The position numbers were made by a program, and so were the translations under genes. The notes below the pieces were generated by a model. It was not told the origin of the DNA. It was given only the letters and a program-made list of their open reading frames with translations, and ran no database searches. DNA of 57,654 bases from a virus. Its lineage: Duplodnaviria; Caudoviricetes. Location of the stretch: IMG/VR virus record IMGVR_UViG_3300035661_000074, positions 1 to 57,654 of that record, one strand, 5' to 3'. Below are positions 18,193 through 27,626 of this stretch, in pieces (the stretch's first letter is position 1; every line of letters starts with the position of its first letter).

Positions 18193-20136
18193 ATGGCATT
18201 GGGTGGACTCGCACAGGGCTTCGTCAGCGGTTACGGTCTCGGTCTCGCCGGCCAGCGCGCAAAGCGAACCAACGAACTGGCTGACCTTCAGATTTCCGAA
18301 GCCAAGGACAAGAAGGCCAATGAGGATCTGGTCAATGGCGCTGTGTCTAATGCATTGGGCTCACAGCCGAGCGCGCCAATCAGCGAGCCGGGCACCACAG
18401 ATGCGACGGCTGCTGGTTTGCCTGCAGCTCCGCCAGGAAGCGACGCAACGCAAGCGAATGGGGGTGTGCCAGCGTCTACCGCGCCTGGCACGCAGAATGG
18501 TGGAACGCCAGCGATAGGCCTGCCGCCTGCCGCGACGACCAACGCCGCTAAGCCGCCTATCAATCGCCTCGATTACTACCAGGGCGCTATGAGCAATATT
18601 CGTAATGCGCTGGCCGACCCGAAATACAAATCGGTCGTTCCACAGCTTATGGGAAAGATGAAGGATCTGAGTGCGCTCGCCGATCAAGACAACACCTTCA
18701 TGCACAACGAGGCCGCGCAGGCGGCGCTACCGCACTTAGAGACGCTGACCAGCACCGGAACAACTGACGAACAGAAGAGCGCGGCGGCGAGTGCGCTTTT
18801 GACAGACGTCCGTCCCGATGGCAAGACGCACCGCGTGCAGGTCTCCAATGGCATGGTCACGGTAGTCGATGACAACGGCCAGCCACAGACGGCGAAACTC
18901 GATGACTTCTTGCATAGTGCCACGTCCGTGCTCGATACCCCGGAGTCGTGGAAAGAGCATCGTCAAAAAATTGAAGACGAAGAACTAAAAAACGCTAATG
19001 CCATTAAACTAGAAATAGAAAAAGCGAAAGCCACAGCGGCAGCGCAGGTCGGCAACATCAATGCGCGCCACACCAACCGCCTCAACGAAATCACGACCAA
19101 CCAAGGCCTCGCCCACCAATACCGCCTAAACGAGAACGATACGCCGAAGTCGAAGATCATGGTCGACGACAACGGCAATCCGACAGTGGTGGGTGCCGGC
19201 GGTGTAAAGCCGCTTTCGAGTATTGGGCTTCCGGCACCGCCAGCAGCTGCGCCCGCTCAGCCTGGTCAGCCGCAGTTCGGTGTGCCGGCCAATCAAGGTG
19301 CGCCTGCCGATAGTGCACCGGCAGCCGCGCCAACTGCGCCTGAATTTCCTCTATCGAAGTGGCAGCCGAACGATCGCGATCGTCGCTGGAATCCTGACAC
19401 GCAGAAAATGGACGGTCCGCCGAAAGGCTGGGGCTTCTTCGGCCCATTGGCGCGCACGGACGGCGCCACTATGAGCGAATACTCCATTGACTCAGACATA
19501 AACGGCAAGCGCGTCTCCTACCCCTCTTTGGTCCCGACACTTACCAAGGACGAAGTTCGTGCGGTATTAAGTTCCAAAGATGGACAGAAGCTTCCAGATT
19601 CGGTTTATCAGAAAGCCGAGGACTGGGCGCGCACGCGAATTGCACAAGGAAAGTCACCGTTTGCAGAGCCCGACGAAGAAGGGAAATATTCGCCAGGACA
19701 GGCCGTTCAGGGGTCAAAACAGATTGACGCCAAAGCTTTTGGCGCGGCGCCTCCACAAGCCGCACCTGCCGCAGCGGCACCACCGCGAGCAGCGCCGACG
19801 TTTAAGAATAATGGGAAGGGTGGGGGTGGCACCAACTCGATGAAGAAGTACCGCGAGATGGTCGATCTTGGCGTGCCCACTGACATTGCTAAGGCGACCG
19901 CATACGGAACGTTTCGGCAGGTCCAAGATCCGCGAACGATGGTCACGTCGCTCGTTGATGTGGCCAGTGGCCGTGTCGTGGGTCATTTCGAAAAGGACCA
20001 AACGACGAAGCAGCAAGTGTGGGTGGCTGATGACAATTCAGCGCCTGGCGGCCAGCAAGATAAACAGACCGGCGCGCCACCCGCAGACTTCGACTGGATT
20101 CCCGGCAAGGGAATCGTGCCTCGCCAACAGCAGTAA
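18193..20136 (+). CDS. Putative internal virion / ejection protein
   Basis: AGGAG RBS. Starts MALGGLAQGFVSGYGLG; Pro/Ala linkers around one compact internal domain. Confidence 0.7.
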   Translation: MALGGLAQGFVSGYGLGLAGQRAKRTNELADLQISEAKDKKANEDLVNGAVSNALGSQPSAPISEPGTTDATAAGLPAAPPGSDATQANGGVPASTAPGTQNGGTPAIGLPPAATTNAAKPPINRLDYYQGAMSNIRNALADPKYKSVVPQLMGKMKDLSALADQDNTFMHNEAAQAALPHLETLTSTGTTDEQKSAAASALLTDVRPDGKTHRVQVSNGMVTVVDDNGQPQTAKLDDFLHSATSVLDTPESWKEHRQKIEDEELKNANAIKLEIEKAKATAAAQVGNINARHTNRLNEITTNQGLAHQYRLNENDTPKSKIMVDDNGNPTVVGAGGVKPLSSIGLPAPPAAAPAQPGQPQFGVPANQGAPADSAPAAAPTAPEFPLSKWQPNDRDRRWNPDTQKMDGPPKGWGFFGPLARTDGATMSEYSIDSDINGKRVSYPSLVPTLTKDEVRAVLSSKDGQKLPDSVYQKAEDWARTRIAQGKSPFAEPDEEGKYSPGQAVQGSKQIDAKAFGAAPPQAAPAAAAPPRAAPTFKNNGKGGGGTNSMKKYREMVDLGVPTDIAKATAYGTFRQVQDPRTMVTSLVDVASGRVVGHFEKDQTTKQQVWVADDNSAPGGQQDKQTGAPPADFDWIPGKGIVPRQQQ

Positions 20137-23100
20137 TGCCAAGCGTCAACATCCAGGGTGTCGGCGTCGTTCGATTCCCGGATGACATGCCAGTCGATCA
20201 GATCCATGCGGCGATCGAGCGCGACATTCTCCCGAGTTACGCGCCCAAACCATCACTGACCGATAAAGTCGGTGACGCCGCGAGCGCGGTGGGCGATGTC
20301 GTTGGCGGCGCGCTCGACAGTCCCGCCGGACAGACCGTCGAGAACATCGGCCGTGTCTACCCGGTTGCTGAAGCCGCCGCCAATCTCGCGTCTCAAGCCT
20401 ATGCCGTGCCGGCTGGTGGCATCGCTGGCCTGGGCGCAATGGCCACCCATGCGCTGGGTATGGATGAAGCTGCGGCGGCCGGCAATCCCATCGCGAAGGC
20501 GCTCACCCCCAATCCCGCAGATGCGGTCGCGAACGTATCCGACGCACTGACCGTCAAGCCGATGACCGAGCACGGCGCCGAGATGACGGCGACTGCTGTG
20601 TATCCATTCCAAAAGCTGGCCGAAGCTGGCAACTACGTCGGCGAGCATGTCGCTGAAGCCACTGGAAGCCCGACTGCAGGCGCAGTCGCAAACGCAGCGA
20701 CGCAGCTCGCCGTCCCTGGCTTTCTGGCGAAGGGTGTGCACGTCATCGGCGACAGGCTGGCGACTCGACCCGAAGCCCCGCCTATCGAAAACGTCTCCGG
20801 CACCGCGCACGAAGAGGCTGTTAATCAAAGCCTGCAGCAGATCATGGCCGGCGACGACCAATCAGAAGCGCCACCTGTCGCCGTCACCGATGCGAACAGT
20901 TCGGCCGTCCGTGGCTACGCGCAGGAGATTACGCCGGAGAAAATCGACGCCGCGCCAGTGCCGAGCAACCCGCCCTTGGTTGATGCCGCCGACGAGCTGC
21001 GCGGACAGATGCGCGAGCCGCCGCCGGCCAATAATATCGACGTTAGCGAATCAGATGCGCCGATTGAAAACATCGACGCCGCGCCGCCGCCGGTCGAGCA
21101 GCCGATCCATGCCGAACCACCCGCCACGAACGTCGATGTCAAAGAGCAGCCAATTGAAAACATCGACGCCGCGCCGCCGCCTGACGTTGCACCGAACCTG
21201 CCTGAGCGCACCGCCAGCAATATCAGCGTCGATGAGCTTCCCGTCGAGACCGATGAAGATCGCGCCAATGAAAGCGTGGCGGCGGCGCGCGACATGCGAC
21301 TACCGCAGGGCCTCAAAGACCCACGCCTCCTGCGGGGCTTCTATCGCAACCACCTTCAAGGTATGGCCAATGAACTGCAGGCCGGTCGCGTCGCCTACAA
21401 GCAGGACGAGAACGGCACCATCACCGGCCGTCTGCCGTCGACGAATCCGCAGTGGTTCCAGGGTGCCGGCATCACCGTAGCGCAGACCCAACATGCCGTG
21501 AAAAAGGCCCTAGCTGGTCGTCCGCTTGGCGCGCGTGAAGCGAAGATGGTCGGCGGCATGCTCGATGTCATTCACGGCAGGCGCACCGCTGACGACATGA
21601 TGGCCTTCGCCCGCGAGAACCGCGCACAGGCGCGCCAGCAGCGCCGCCAAGCCGCGATGGGTCTGCCGCCTCTTCATGCCTACGCCGATCACCTGAATCG
21701 CCATGTCGGCGAGCTCTACGAGGACAGCGCCTATCATCCCGACTGGGACGGCCACACGAGTTCCTTGTACGAACTCATGCACGAGGCGCATGCTGTCAAT
21801 CCTGCGCAGACCGAGCGCATCGCCGACAGTGCACGACCCGATACCGATGTCGCGCGCGAACTACTGAGGATCATCCATGAGTCGCAACAGCCGAACCGCC
21901 CTCAAGAAAGTGCTGGCCGACAAGAAGCGGGGCTACGTGCCGCCGAAACGCCATCCCTATCCCGAGACCAGCACGCCGCCGGAATATCAGGACAGCCCGA
22001 CAGATCCGTCACAGACGGCGCAGGACAGCTCGAGCACGGAGTAAACCCGCTCACGCAGGCGCCGCTCCCGGAGTCTGCCGATCACCTCTCCGCGCAAGTC
22101 GACGCCTTCCTCGCCGGCAAGAAGCGCGGTGTTCTTATTTCTGGCCATGATCAGGCCGACAGCCGCTCAAAAACTCGCTTGAACGTCGCCGTGCGTAAGC
22201 GCGAAGCCGTCTCGCGCGTGGTGCCGCAGGGCACGCTCTACGCGAATCCCGATAATCGCCTGCTCGTGCCACTGGCCAAAGCGCTTGCCGCGGGTAACGC
22301 CGATGCGGTGCGCAGCCTTGTCGGCCAGATCACGCTCAACATCTCCCCCGATGTCGCCGCCGCACATCCCGCCGACATGGACCGCATCGTCCAGGCGCGC
22401 GACGAGAATGGAGGCATCGTCTCGCAGGTCGGTGCGACGGCAGATACCGAGAAAGCGGCGGCCAAGCAGATCAAAGATCAGGGCGCATCGGTCGAAACAG
22501 TGCCGATTGATAAAGGCCTGCAGGACCGACAGGCGCCCATCGAGAGCTACACCGAAGCCGACCTCGCCGATCGCGAGAAGCAGAAGACCGATGCGGCCGT
22601 CGCGCGCGCGAAGGACGACGCCAAAACCGAGGCTGATAACGAGCGCGACAGCTTCACGTTGACAGGCAGTGACCGTACCGCCGATACGGCAGCCGCAGCG
22701 GGGCAGCAAGACTTGCTCGCTGACCATAATAGTAATGGCCCTAAAACCGCCGAAACTATTATGCCCGTCGATGCCGCCGCCCACGAGGCCGCTACCAGCC
22801 CACACAATGACCTGCCCGCGCCGACCGAAGGGCAGATTGAGGCCGGCAACTACAAGAAAGGTCACGTTCGCATCGGCGGGATAGACATCAGTATCGAGAA
22901 TCCCGCAGGTAGCGCGCGCACCGGCATCGACCCGAACGGCAAGCCTTGGTCGGTGACGATGAAAAGCCACTACGGCTACATCAAGGGCAGCGTCGGCGCC
23001 GATAAGGATCACGTCGATGTTTTCGTGAAGCCCGGCACACCCGAGGATTATAACGGGCCGGTCTTCGTGGTTGATCAGAAGAAGCCGGGTAACGGCCATT

Positions 23101-26100
23101 TCGATGAACACAAGTTGTTGATGGGATGGAAGACCGAGGATGGCGCGAAGCTCGGTTATCGCCAGAACTACACGCCCAATTGGAAGGTCGGCCCGATCAC
23201 GAAGATGACGGTGCCTGAACTAAAGGCGTGGCTCAAGAGCGGAGATACCACGAAGCCCGCCGCGCACACTCATCACGCAGAACATCCAGGATCGACTTCT
23301 GAGAAGGGGGCGCAGCCAGAGAATTCCGAGAAGGCTATCACCGCGCGGCCACTTGAAGAACTCGCCGCTGATGCCTTCGATGTCGATCCTGAGGCAACGC
23401 GAGCTATACTCGCCTCAGGTGCGGACGACACCACTACTGCGCGCCGGCTTCAGGAGATTGCAGACAATGAGCGAAAAGTCGATGGAGATCCTGCGCAAGC
23501 TGGACGAGCGGGCGGCGAACCGCAAGGAAGTCGAGGACGCGTTAGCCAATCCGGGCGGGAAGACGATCTACGATCTGTATCGCGAGGGACTGATCTGGAA
23601 GGGCGAGCCGCCCCGGATCTCCTTCGGAAAGGAACTCGATCAGTAACTTTCTACCGAGGGTCTCGTTCCGAACTTGCCCCCCAACACTTCAGAGACGAAG
23701 CCCTAGGCAAAGCCAGTGGCCACCCGACGTCGGGCCTCGGCGTCTGGTTTACTGATTCGAAGAAAGAAGCGGCCCGTTACGGGTCGCATGTCGGCGAGTA
23801 CAACCTTCGCGTTGGCAATCCGAAAGTCTTCAAGGTTGAAGACCTGCCGGCGTTCGATACCGTTGCCGATGCCACTGCTTATCGCGAAAAACTTCGCTCG
23901 GAAGGATACGACGGCATCGTTGTTCATGCAGAGCACCTTGGCGGACAAACCCACGTCGTTGCGTTCGATCACGATCAAGTAGTTCGCCCGACTGCGGACA
24001 CCGAAGAAGCGCGCGCCGAGGCGCCGACAGAAGAGGCGAAGCAGGCGCCTGCCGATGACCAGTCGAGCGAGGGCGGCCAGGAGAACGCCGGCACCGCGAA
24101 CATGACGCCAGGTGCGACCTATCACGGCTTCATAAGCAGCACCGCGCCTCGCGTGCCACAGGCGCCTCCCATGCCTGGCCTGCTCGGCAAACTCTTTCCG
24201 TCGCGGCCACGCGTCGCCAAGCCTATCCGCCGCGAAGACATCATTCGGCCCTTTCTGAAGGCGCTCAACACTCGGCTGTACGAGGGTCGCGTGAAAGGCA
24301 AGGGCGTGATGGGCTTCTACCGCCACCCGAAAGGTGAGGTGCGCGTGAAGCGCAAGGCCGATCTCGAAACCACAGCCCATGAGATCGCCCACCTTATCGA
24401 CGACCGCGTATTCAACGGATTCCGCACCGACAAGACGCGCGCTATCACGCGGCCGTGGACGAGCGGACCAAGCCACCAAGTCTATGCAACAGAGCTGAAA
24501 GGCCTTTCCCTCGACAAGAACAAGGTCCATGAAGGCTTCGCTGAATTCGTGCGTCACTGGATGACGAGTCCTGACATCGCGCGCAAGGAGGCGCCGCAGT
24601 TCACGGCGTGGTGGGAGAATTTTGTCGATACCAACAAGATTGGCCCGGCGCTTCGCGACACTCAGCGCGGTATGGCGGCGTGGTTCGATCAGGACAACGC
24701 CACGAAGCTCGCATCGAAGATCGGCGAGCCACCGCCTGTAAATGCCGACCTCGATACCATTTTCGACGAAGCCCGCCAAAGTGTGTTCGACGATCTCCAC
24801 GGCGTTTATCGAATGGAGCGCGATCTGAAGGGCGACATCCTGCCGGGCGGCGCCTACGAGACGGCGCGGCTGACGCGCGGCGCGCACAGCGTGGTTGAGG
24901 GCGCCATGACGATCGGCGCGCCCGAAGCGCAGGCCGACGGATCCGTGCGATTCGTCGGTAAGAGCCTGCGCGCCATCCTCGATCCCGTTGCCAATGACCT
25001 CGATAACTTCGGTGTCTACGCCGTGGCACGCTCGGCGCGCGAACTTATGGCGCAGGGTCGCGAGAACCTGTTCACTGCGGGTGAAATCAAAGCCGGCTTG
25101 GCGCTTGAGACCCCGGAATTCCGCAAGGCATTCTCGGATTACCAAGACTGGAATAAGAAGATAGTCGACTTTGCCGAAGCCAAAGGCCTGATCAATCCGC
25201 AGACCCGTAAGCTGTGGCGGCGCACTGAATACCTGCCCTTCTATCGCTCGGGCCAACGCGGCGCCACGAAGAATGCGGGCGGTATGCTGGGTCACTCGAA
25301 TCCCATCAAGCAGCTCCGTGGCGGCACCGCTAACCTGAAGAGCGTGCTCGGCAACATGATTCATAATGCCTCGACGCTGATCACTGAGTCGCTGAAGAAC
25401 GAAGCCCGAGACGAGATCGCGAAGCTAGCCGATACGGTGGCCGGCGGCGGCAAATTCATGGTGCGCATCGGCACTGATACGAAATCCATGTCGGTCAGCA
25501 AAGAGCAGGTGCGAGACTTCGTCGCTGAAATGTTGGGCGTGAAGCGCGACGAACTCAGGGGTAGTGGTGGTCTCAGCACGGTGCCACCCGATCTGCAGGT
25601 GGCCGTCGATAAGCTCACCAATGAATTCATGCAGCAGCCGGACTACCTCAAGTTTTGGATGTTCAAGCAGGCCCCGAAGGGTGACAACCTGGTCGCCGTG
25701 ATGCGCGACGGGAAGCCGCAGTTCTACGAAGTCGCGGACCCGGTGTTATATCGCTCAATGCAGGCGCTGACGCGGCCGGCGCGGCACTGGCTCGTTCAGT
25801 TCCTCAATACATTCCGCATGGTCGGACAGACCGCAGTGACCCTGACGCCGGACTTCGTGCTGAAGAACATCGCGCGCGACACCATCATGGGCGGCATTAT
25901 GAGTCGATCTGGGTTCCGCCCGATTGTTGATTCTCTGATCGGCATGAAGTCGCGCATCAAGAAAGACGAGAACTACCGAGAATACATCGCCAACGGCGGC
26001 GGCTTCTCATCGCTCCTGGCCCAGGAAGACGCCTTCGCCAAGCACCTTGAAAAGTTCTATTCGAAGCGCGGCATCAGCTACAAGACCGTGCTCGACAGCC

Positions 26101-27350
26101 CCACGAAGCTCTTGCACTTCATCGAAGAGGCTGCGAACGCCTTCGAGTCGAGCACCCGCCTCGGAGAATACAAGCGCGCGAGAGAGGGTGGCGCTGATCC
26201 GCGCCATGCCGCTTTTGCCGCGCGGGAGGTTTCGACCGACTTCGCGATGCGCGGCGACAGCCATGTCGCGGGCTTCTTCTACGACACCGTGCCGTTCCTG
26301 AAGGCCGCGGCGAACAGCATGGACAGACTCTATCGCGGTCTCGCCCATGACGAGAATCGCGCGCACATCGCCGCCAAGGCGGGCTTGCTCGCGCTCGCCA
26401 GCATGGCGCTCTACAACATCAACCGCGGCAATCCCCTCTACGAACAACTAGAGGACTGGGACCGCGACTCGAACTGGCACTTCTTCCTGCCGAAATCCGG
26501 TGTGCCCGACAACGCGGCGCCGGCAGAGCGGTATACCCACTATCGATTCCCGAAGCTGTGGGAGATCGGCGCTGTGTCGTCGCTGGCCGAGCGCTCGCTG
26601 CAGCACATCATGGACCAGAACGCGAAAGGCTTTGGCGACGAGGCCGGCAAGATCGTGAGCAACGTCTTCGGCGTTGACTACGTGCCGCAGCTGCTATCCC
26701 CGCTCTACGAAAACGAACTGAACAAGAACCGCTTTACCGGGCGTCCCATTGAGACGCAGGGCATGGAAGAGTTGCAGCCCTGGGCGCGTGTCGGGCCGTA
26801 CACCAGCCGCAGCTTGGCAGCACTGGGTGAGAAGACACGCAATCTCCCGGAGGCGCTGCAGGTCAATCCTGTGCGCACGGAGGCCTTGTTGCGCGGCTAC
26901 CTCAAGACCTGGGCGCAATACGGTCTCTCTCTGGTCGATGGAGCGCTGTTCGACGACAAGCCGGACATGCGCGCGGACGAGTATCCGGTACTCCGTAGCT
27001 TCTACGAACAAGAGCCGGCAAAGCATACGAAGTACGAAACTCAGTTCTACGATGCCCTCAAGGAAGCCACTCAGCTTCGTCGAACTATGCGACACATGAA
27101 CCAGACCGACAGACCCGAGATAGCCGACGATCTATCGGCGAAGGACGATGGCAGCTACGGGATATTGCACGGAACACAGCGATCGCTCGAAGGCATCACG
27201 CGCGATATGCGCGAGGTTTACCGAAGCAAAACCATGTTGCCGAAGCAGAAGCGGAAGGAGCTCGACGCCCTCATCGGTGAGCGCAACAGCTTGCTGAAAG
27301 ACACGATGTCAGACGTTAAGGATGCGCAGGGCCAGGCAGCCGTCCAATAA
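20136..27350 (+). CDS. Large polyvalent ejection protein (InPase-like, ART-PolyVal-like, zincin peptidase-like and LPD38 domains)
   Basis: InPase-like: GNYKKGHV..ISIENPAGS.R..YGYIKG..GADKDHVDVF..FDEHK (~22780-23255). ART-like: FYRGS..G.GVWFT..A.RYG..GYDGIVV (~23645-23985). Zincin: HEIAH..EGFAE (~24378-24545). LPD38-like: RD.NWHFF..RFPKLWEIG...NKNRFTGRPIE. Confidence 0.85.
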   Translation: MPSVNIQGVGVVRFPDDMPVDQIHAAIERDILPSYAPKPSLTDKVGDAASAVGDVVGGALDSPAGQTVENIGRVYPVAEAAANLASQAYAVPAGGIAGLGAMATHALGMDEAAAAGNPIAKALTPNPADAVANVSDALTVKPMTEHGAEMTATAVYPFQKLAEAGNYVGEHVAEATGSPTAGAVANAATQLAVPGFLAKGVHVIGDRLATRPEAPPIENVSGTAHEEAVNQSLQQIMAGDDQSEAPPVAVTDANSSAVRGYAQEITPEKIDAAPVPSNPPLVDAADELRGQMREPPPANNIDVSESDAPIENIDAAPPPVEQPIHAEPPATNVDVKEQPIENIDAAPPPDVAPNLPERTASNISVDELPVETDEDRANESVAAARDMRLPQGLKDPRLLRGFYRNHLQGMANELQAGRVAYKQDENGTITGRLPSTNPQWFQGAGITVAQTQHAVKKALAGRPLGAREAKMVGGMLDVIHGRRTADDMMAFARENRAQARQQRRQAAMGLPPLHAYADHLNRHVGELYEDSAYHPDWDGHTSSLYELMHEAHAVNPAQTERIADSARPDTDVARELLRIIHESQQPNRPQESAGRQEAGLRAAETPSLSRDQHAAGISGQPDRSVTDGAGQLEHGVNPLTQAPLPESADHLSAQVDAFLAGKKRGVLISGHDQADSRSKTRLNVAVRKREAVSRVVPQGTLYANPDNRLLVPLAKALAAGNADAVRSLVGQITLNISPDVAAAHPADMDRIVQARDENGGIVSQVGATADTEKAAAKQIKDQGASVETVPIDKGLQDRQAPIESYTEADLADREKQKTDAAVARAKDDAKTEADNERDSFTLTGSDRTADTAAAAGQQDLLADHNSNGPKTAETIMPVDAAAHEAATSPHNDLPAPTEGQIEAGNYKKGHVRIGGIDISIENPAGSARTGIDPNGKPWSVTMKSHYGYIKGSVGADKDHVDVFVKPGTPEDYNGPVFVVDQKKPGNGHFDEHKLLMGWKTEDGAKLGYRQNYTPNWKVGPITKMTVPELKAWLKSGDTTKPAAHTHHAEHPGSTSEKGAQPENSEKAITARPLEELAADAFDVDPEATRAILASGADDTTTARRLQEIADNERKVDGDPAQAGRAGGEPQGSRGRVSQSGREDDLRSVSRGTDLEGRAAPDLLRKGTRSVTFYRGSRSELAPQHFRDEALGKASGHPTSGLGVWFTDSKKEAARYGSHVGEYNLRVGNPKVFKVEDLPAFDTVADATAYREKLRSEGYDGIVVHAEHLGGQTHVVAFDHDQVVRPTADTEEARAEAPTEEAKQAPADDQSSEGGQENAGTANMTPGATYHGFISSTAPRVPQAPPMPGLLGKLFPSRPRVAKPIRREDIIRPFLKALNTRLYEGRVKGKGVMGFYRHPKGEVRVKRKADLETTAHEIAHLIDDRVFNGFRTDKTRAITRPWTSGPSHQVYATELKGLSLDKNKVHEGFAEFVRHWMTSPDIARKEAPQFTAWWENFVDTNKIGPALRDTQRGMAAWFDQDNATKLASKIGEPPPVNADLDTIFDEARQSVFDDLHGVYRMERDLKGDILPGGAYETARLTRGAHSVVEGAMTIGAPEAQADGSVRFVGKSLRAILDPVANDLDNFGVYAVARSARELMAQGRENLFTAGEIKAGLALETPEFRKAFSDYQDWNKKIVDFAEAKGLINPQTRKLWRRTEYLPFYRSGQRGATKNAGGMLGHSNPIKQLRGGTANLKSVLGNMIHNASTLITESLKNEARDEIAKLADTVAGGGKFMVRIGTDTKSMSVSKEQVRDFVAEMLGVKRDELRGSGGLSTVPPDLQVAVDKLTNEFMQQPDYLKFWMFKQAPKGDNLVAVMRDGKPQFYEVADPVLYRSMQALTRPARHWLVQFLNTFRMVGQTAVTLTPDFVLKNIARDTIMGGIMSRSGFRPIVDSLIGMKSRIKKDENYREYIANGGGFSSLLAQEDAFAKHLEKFYSKRGISYKTVLDSPTKLLHFIEEAANAFESSTRLGEYKRAREGGADPRHAAFAAREVSTDFAMRGDSHVAGFFYDTVPFLKAAANSMDRLYRGLAHDENRAHIAAKAGLLALASMALYNINRGNPLYEQLEDWDRDSNWHFFLPKSGVPDNAAPAERYTHYRFPKLWEIGAVSSLAERSLQHIMDQNAKGFGDEAGKIVSNVFGVDYVPQLLSPLYENELNKNRFTGRPIETQGMEELQPWARVGPYTSRSLAALGEKTRNLPEALQVNPVRTEALLRGYLKTWAQYGLSLVDGALFDDKPDMRADEYPVLRSFYEQEPAKHTKYETQFYDALKEATQLRRTMRHMNQTDRPEIADDLSAKDDGSYGILHGTQRSLEGITRDMREVYRSKTMLPKQKRKELDALIGERNSLLKDTMSDVKDAQGQAAVQ
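21063..21181 (+). repeat. 29-bp direct repeat, 90-bp period (IENIDAAPPP twice)
   Basis: ATTGAAAACATCGACGCCGCGCCGCCGCC at 21063-21091 and 21153-21181. Confidence 0.85.
21877..22044 (+). CDS. Candidate nested (overprinted, +1 frame) 55-aa gene inside the polyvalent protein
   Basis: GAGGA lies 6 nt before the ATG. Product MSRNSRTALKKVLADKKRGYVPPKRHPYPE...; codons are GC3-rich while the host frame turns A/T-ending. Confidence 0.5.
   Translation: MSRNSRTALKKVLADKKRGYVPPKRHPYPETSTPPEYQDSPTDPSQTAQDSSSTE
23467..23646 (+). CDS. Candidate nested (overprinted, +1 frame) 59-aa gene directly before the ART-like domain
   Basis: AGGAG at 23452-23456. Product MSEKSMEILRKLDERAANRKEVEDALANPGGKTIYDLYREGLIWKGEPPRISFGKELDQ with strongly G/C-ending codons. 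Confidence 0.65.
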   Translation: MSEKSMEILRKLDERAANRKEVEDALANPGGKTIYDLYREGLIWKGEPPRISFGKELDQ

Positions 27351-27354
27351 GGTT

Positions 27355-27609
27355 TCACTTAATCGTGGTCACGCGAGCAGAGTATGGATCTGCGCCCGGT
27401 CCTTCGAGGCGATCCCAGCCATAGTCCGCGTCTACTTCGTAGACGGCACCACTAAATCTGCTTATCACAATTGAGCTCATACCATGAGCTGCCACTACCT
27501 CAAACCTCATCATCCACCCCGCCCCAAGCAACGCGAAGATCATCAGGTAGAACCAGCGATGCCGTTTTACGTCAGTGAGCGCCCGCCCTTTCCATTCAGC
27601 GATAGACAT
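27355..27609 (-). CDS. Small membrane protein
   Basis: GGAGAGG RBS; one TM segment (WFYLMIFALLGAGW). Confidence 0.6.
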   Translation of the reverse strand: MSIAEWKGRALTDVKRHRWFYLMIFALLGAGWMMRFEVVAAHGMSSIVISRFSGAVYEVDADYGWDRLEGPGADPYSARVTTIK

Positions 27610-27626
27610 CCTTGCCTCTCCCGGCC

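Noticed and set aside
22669-22884. Third nested +1 ORF before the InPase-like domain
   Set aside because: No convincing RBS, and the Pro/Arg/Thr-rich translation is typical of an off-frame shadow.
23703-25364. Long minus-strand ORFs (also 53568-54911, 54996-56318, 55862-57235, 43496-44596, 3313-4302)
   Set aside because: Antisense shadows of GC3-rich genes, with no motifs or RBS.
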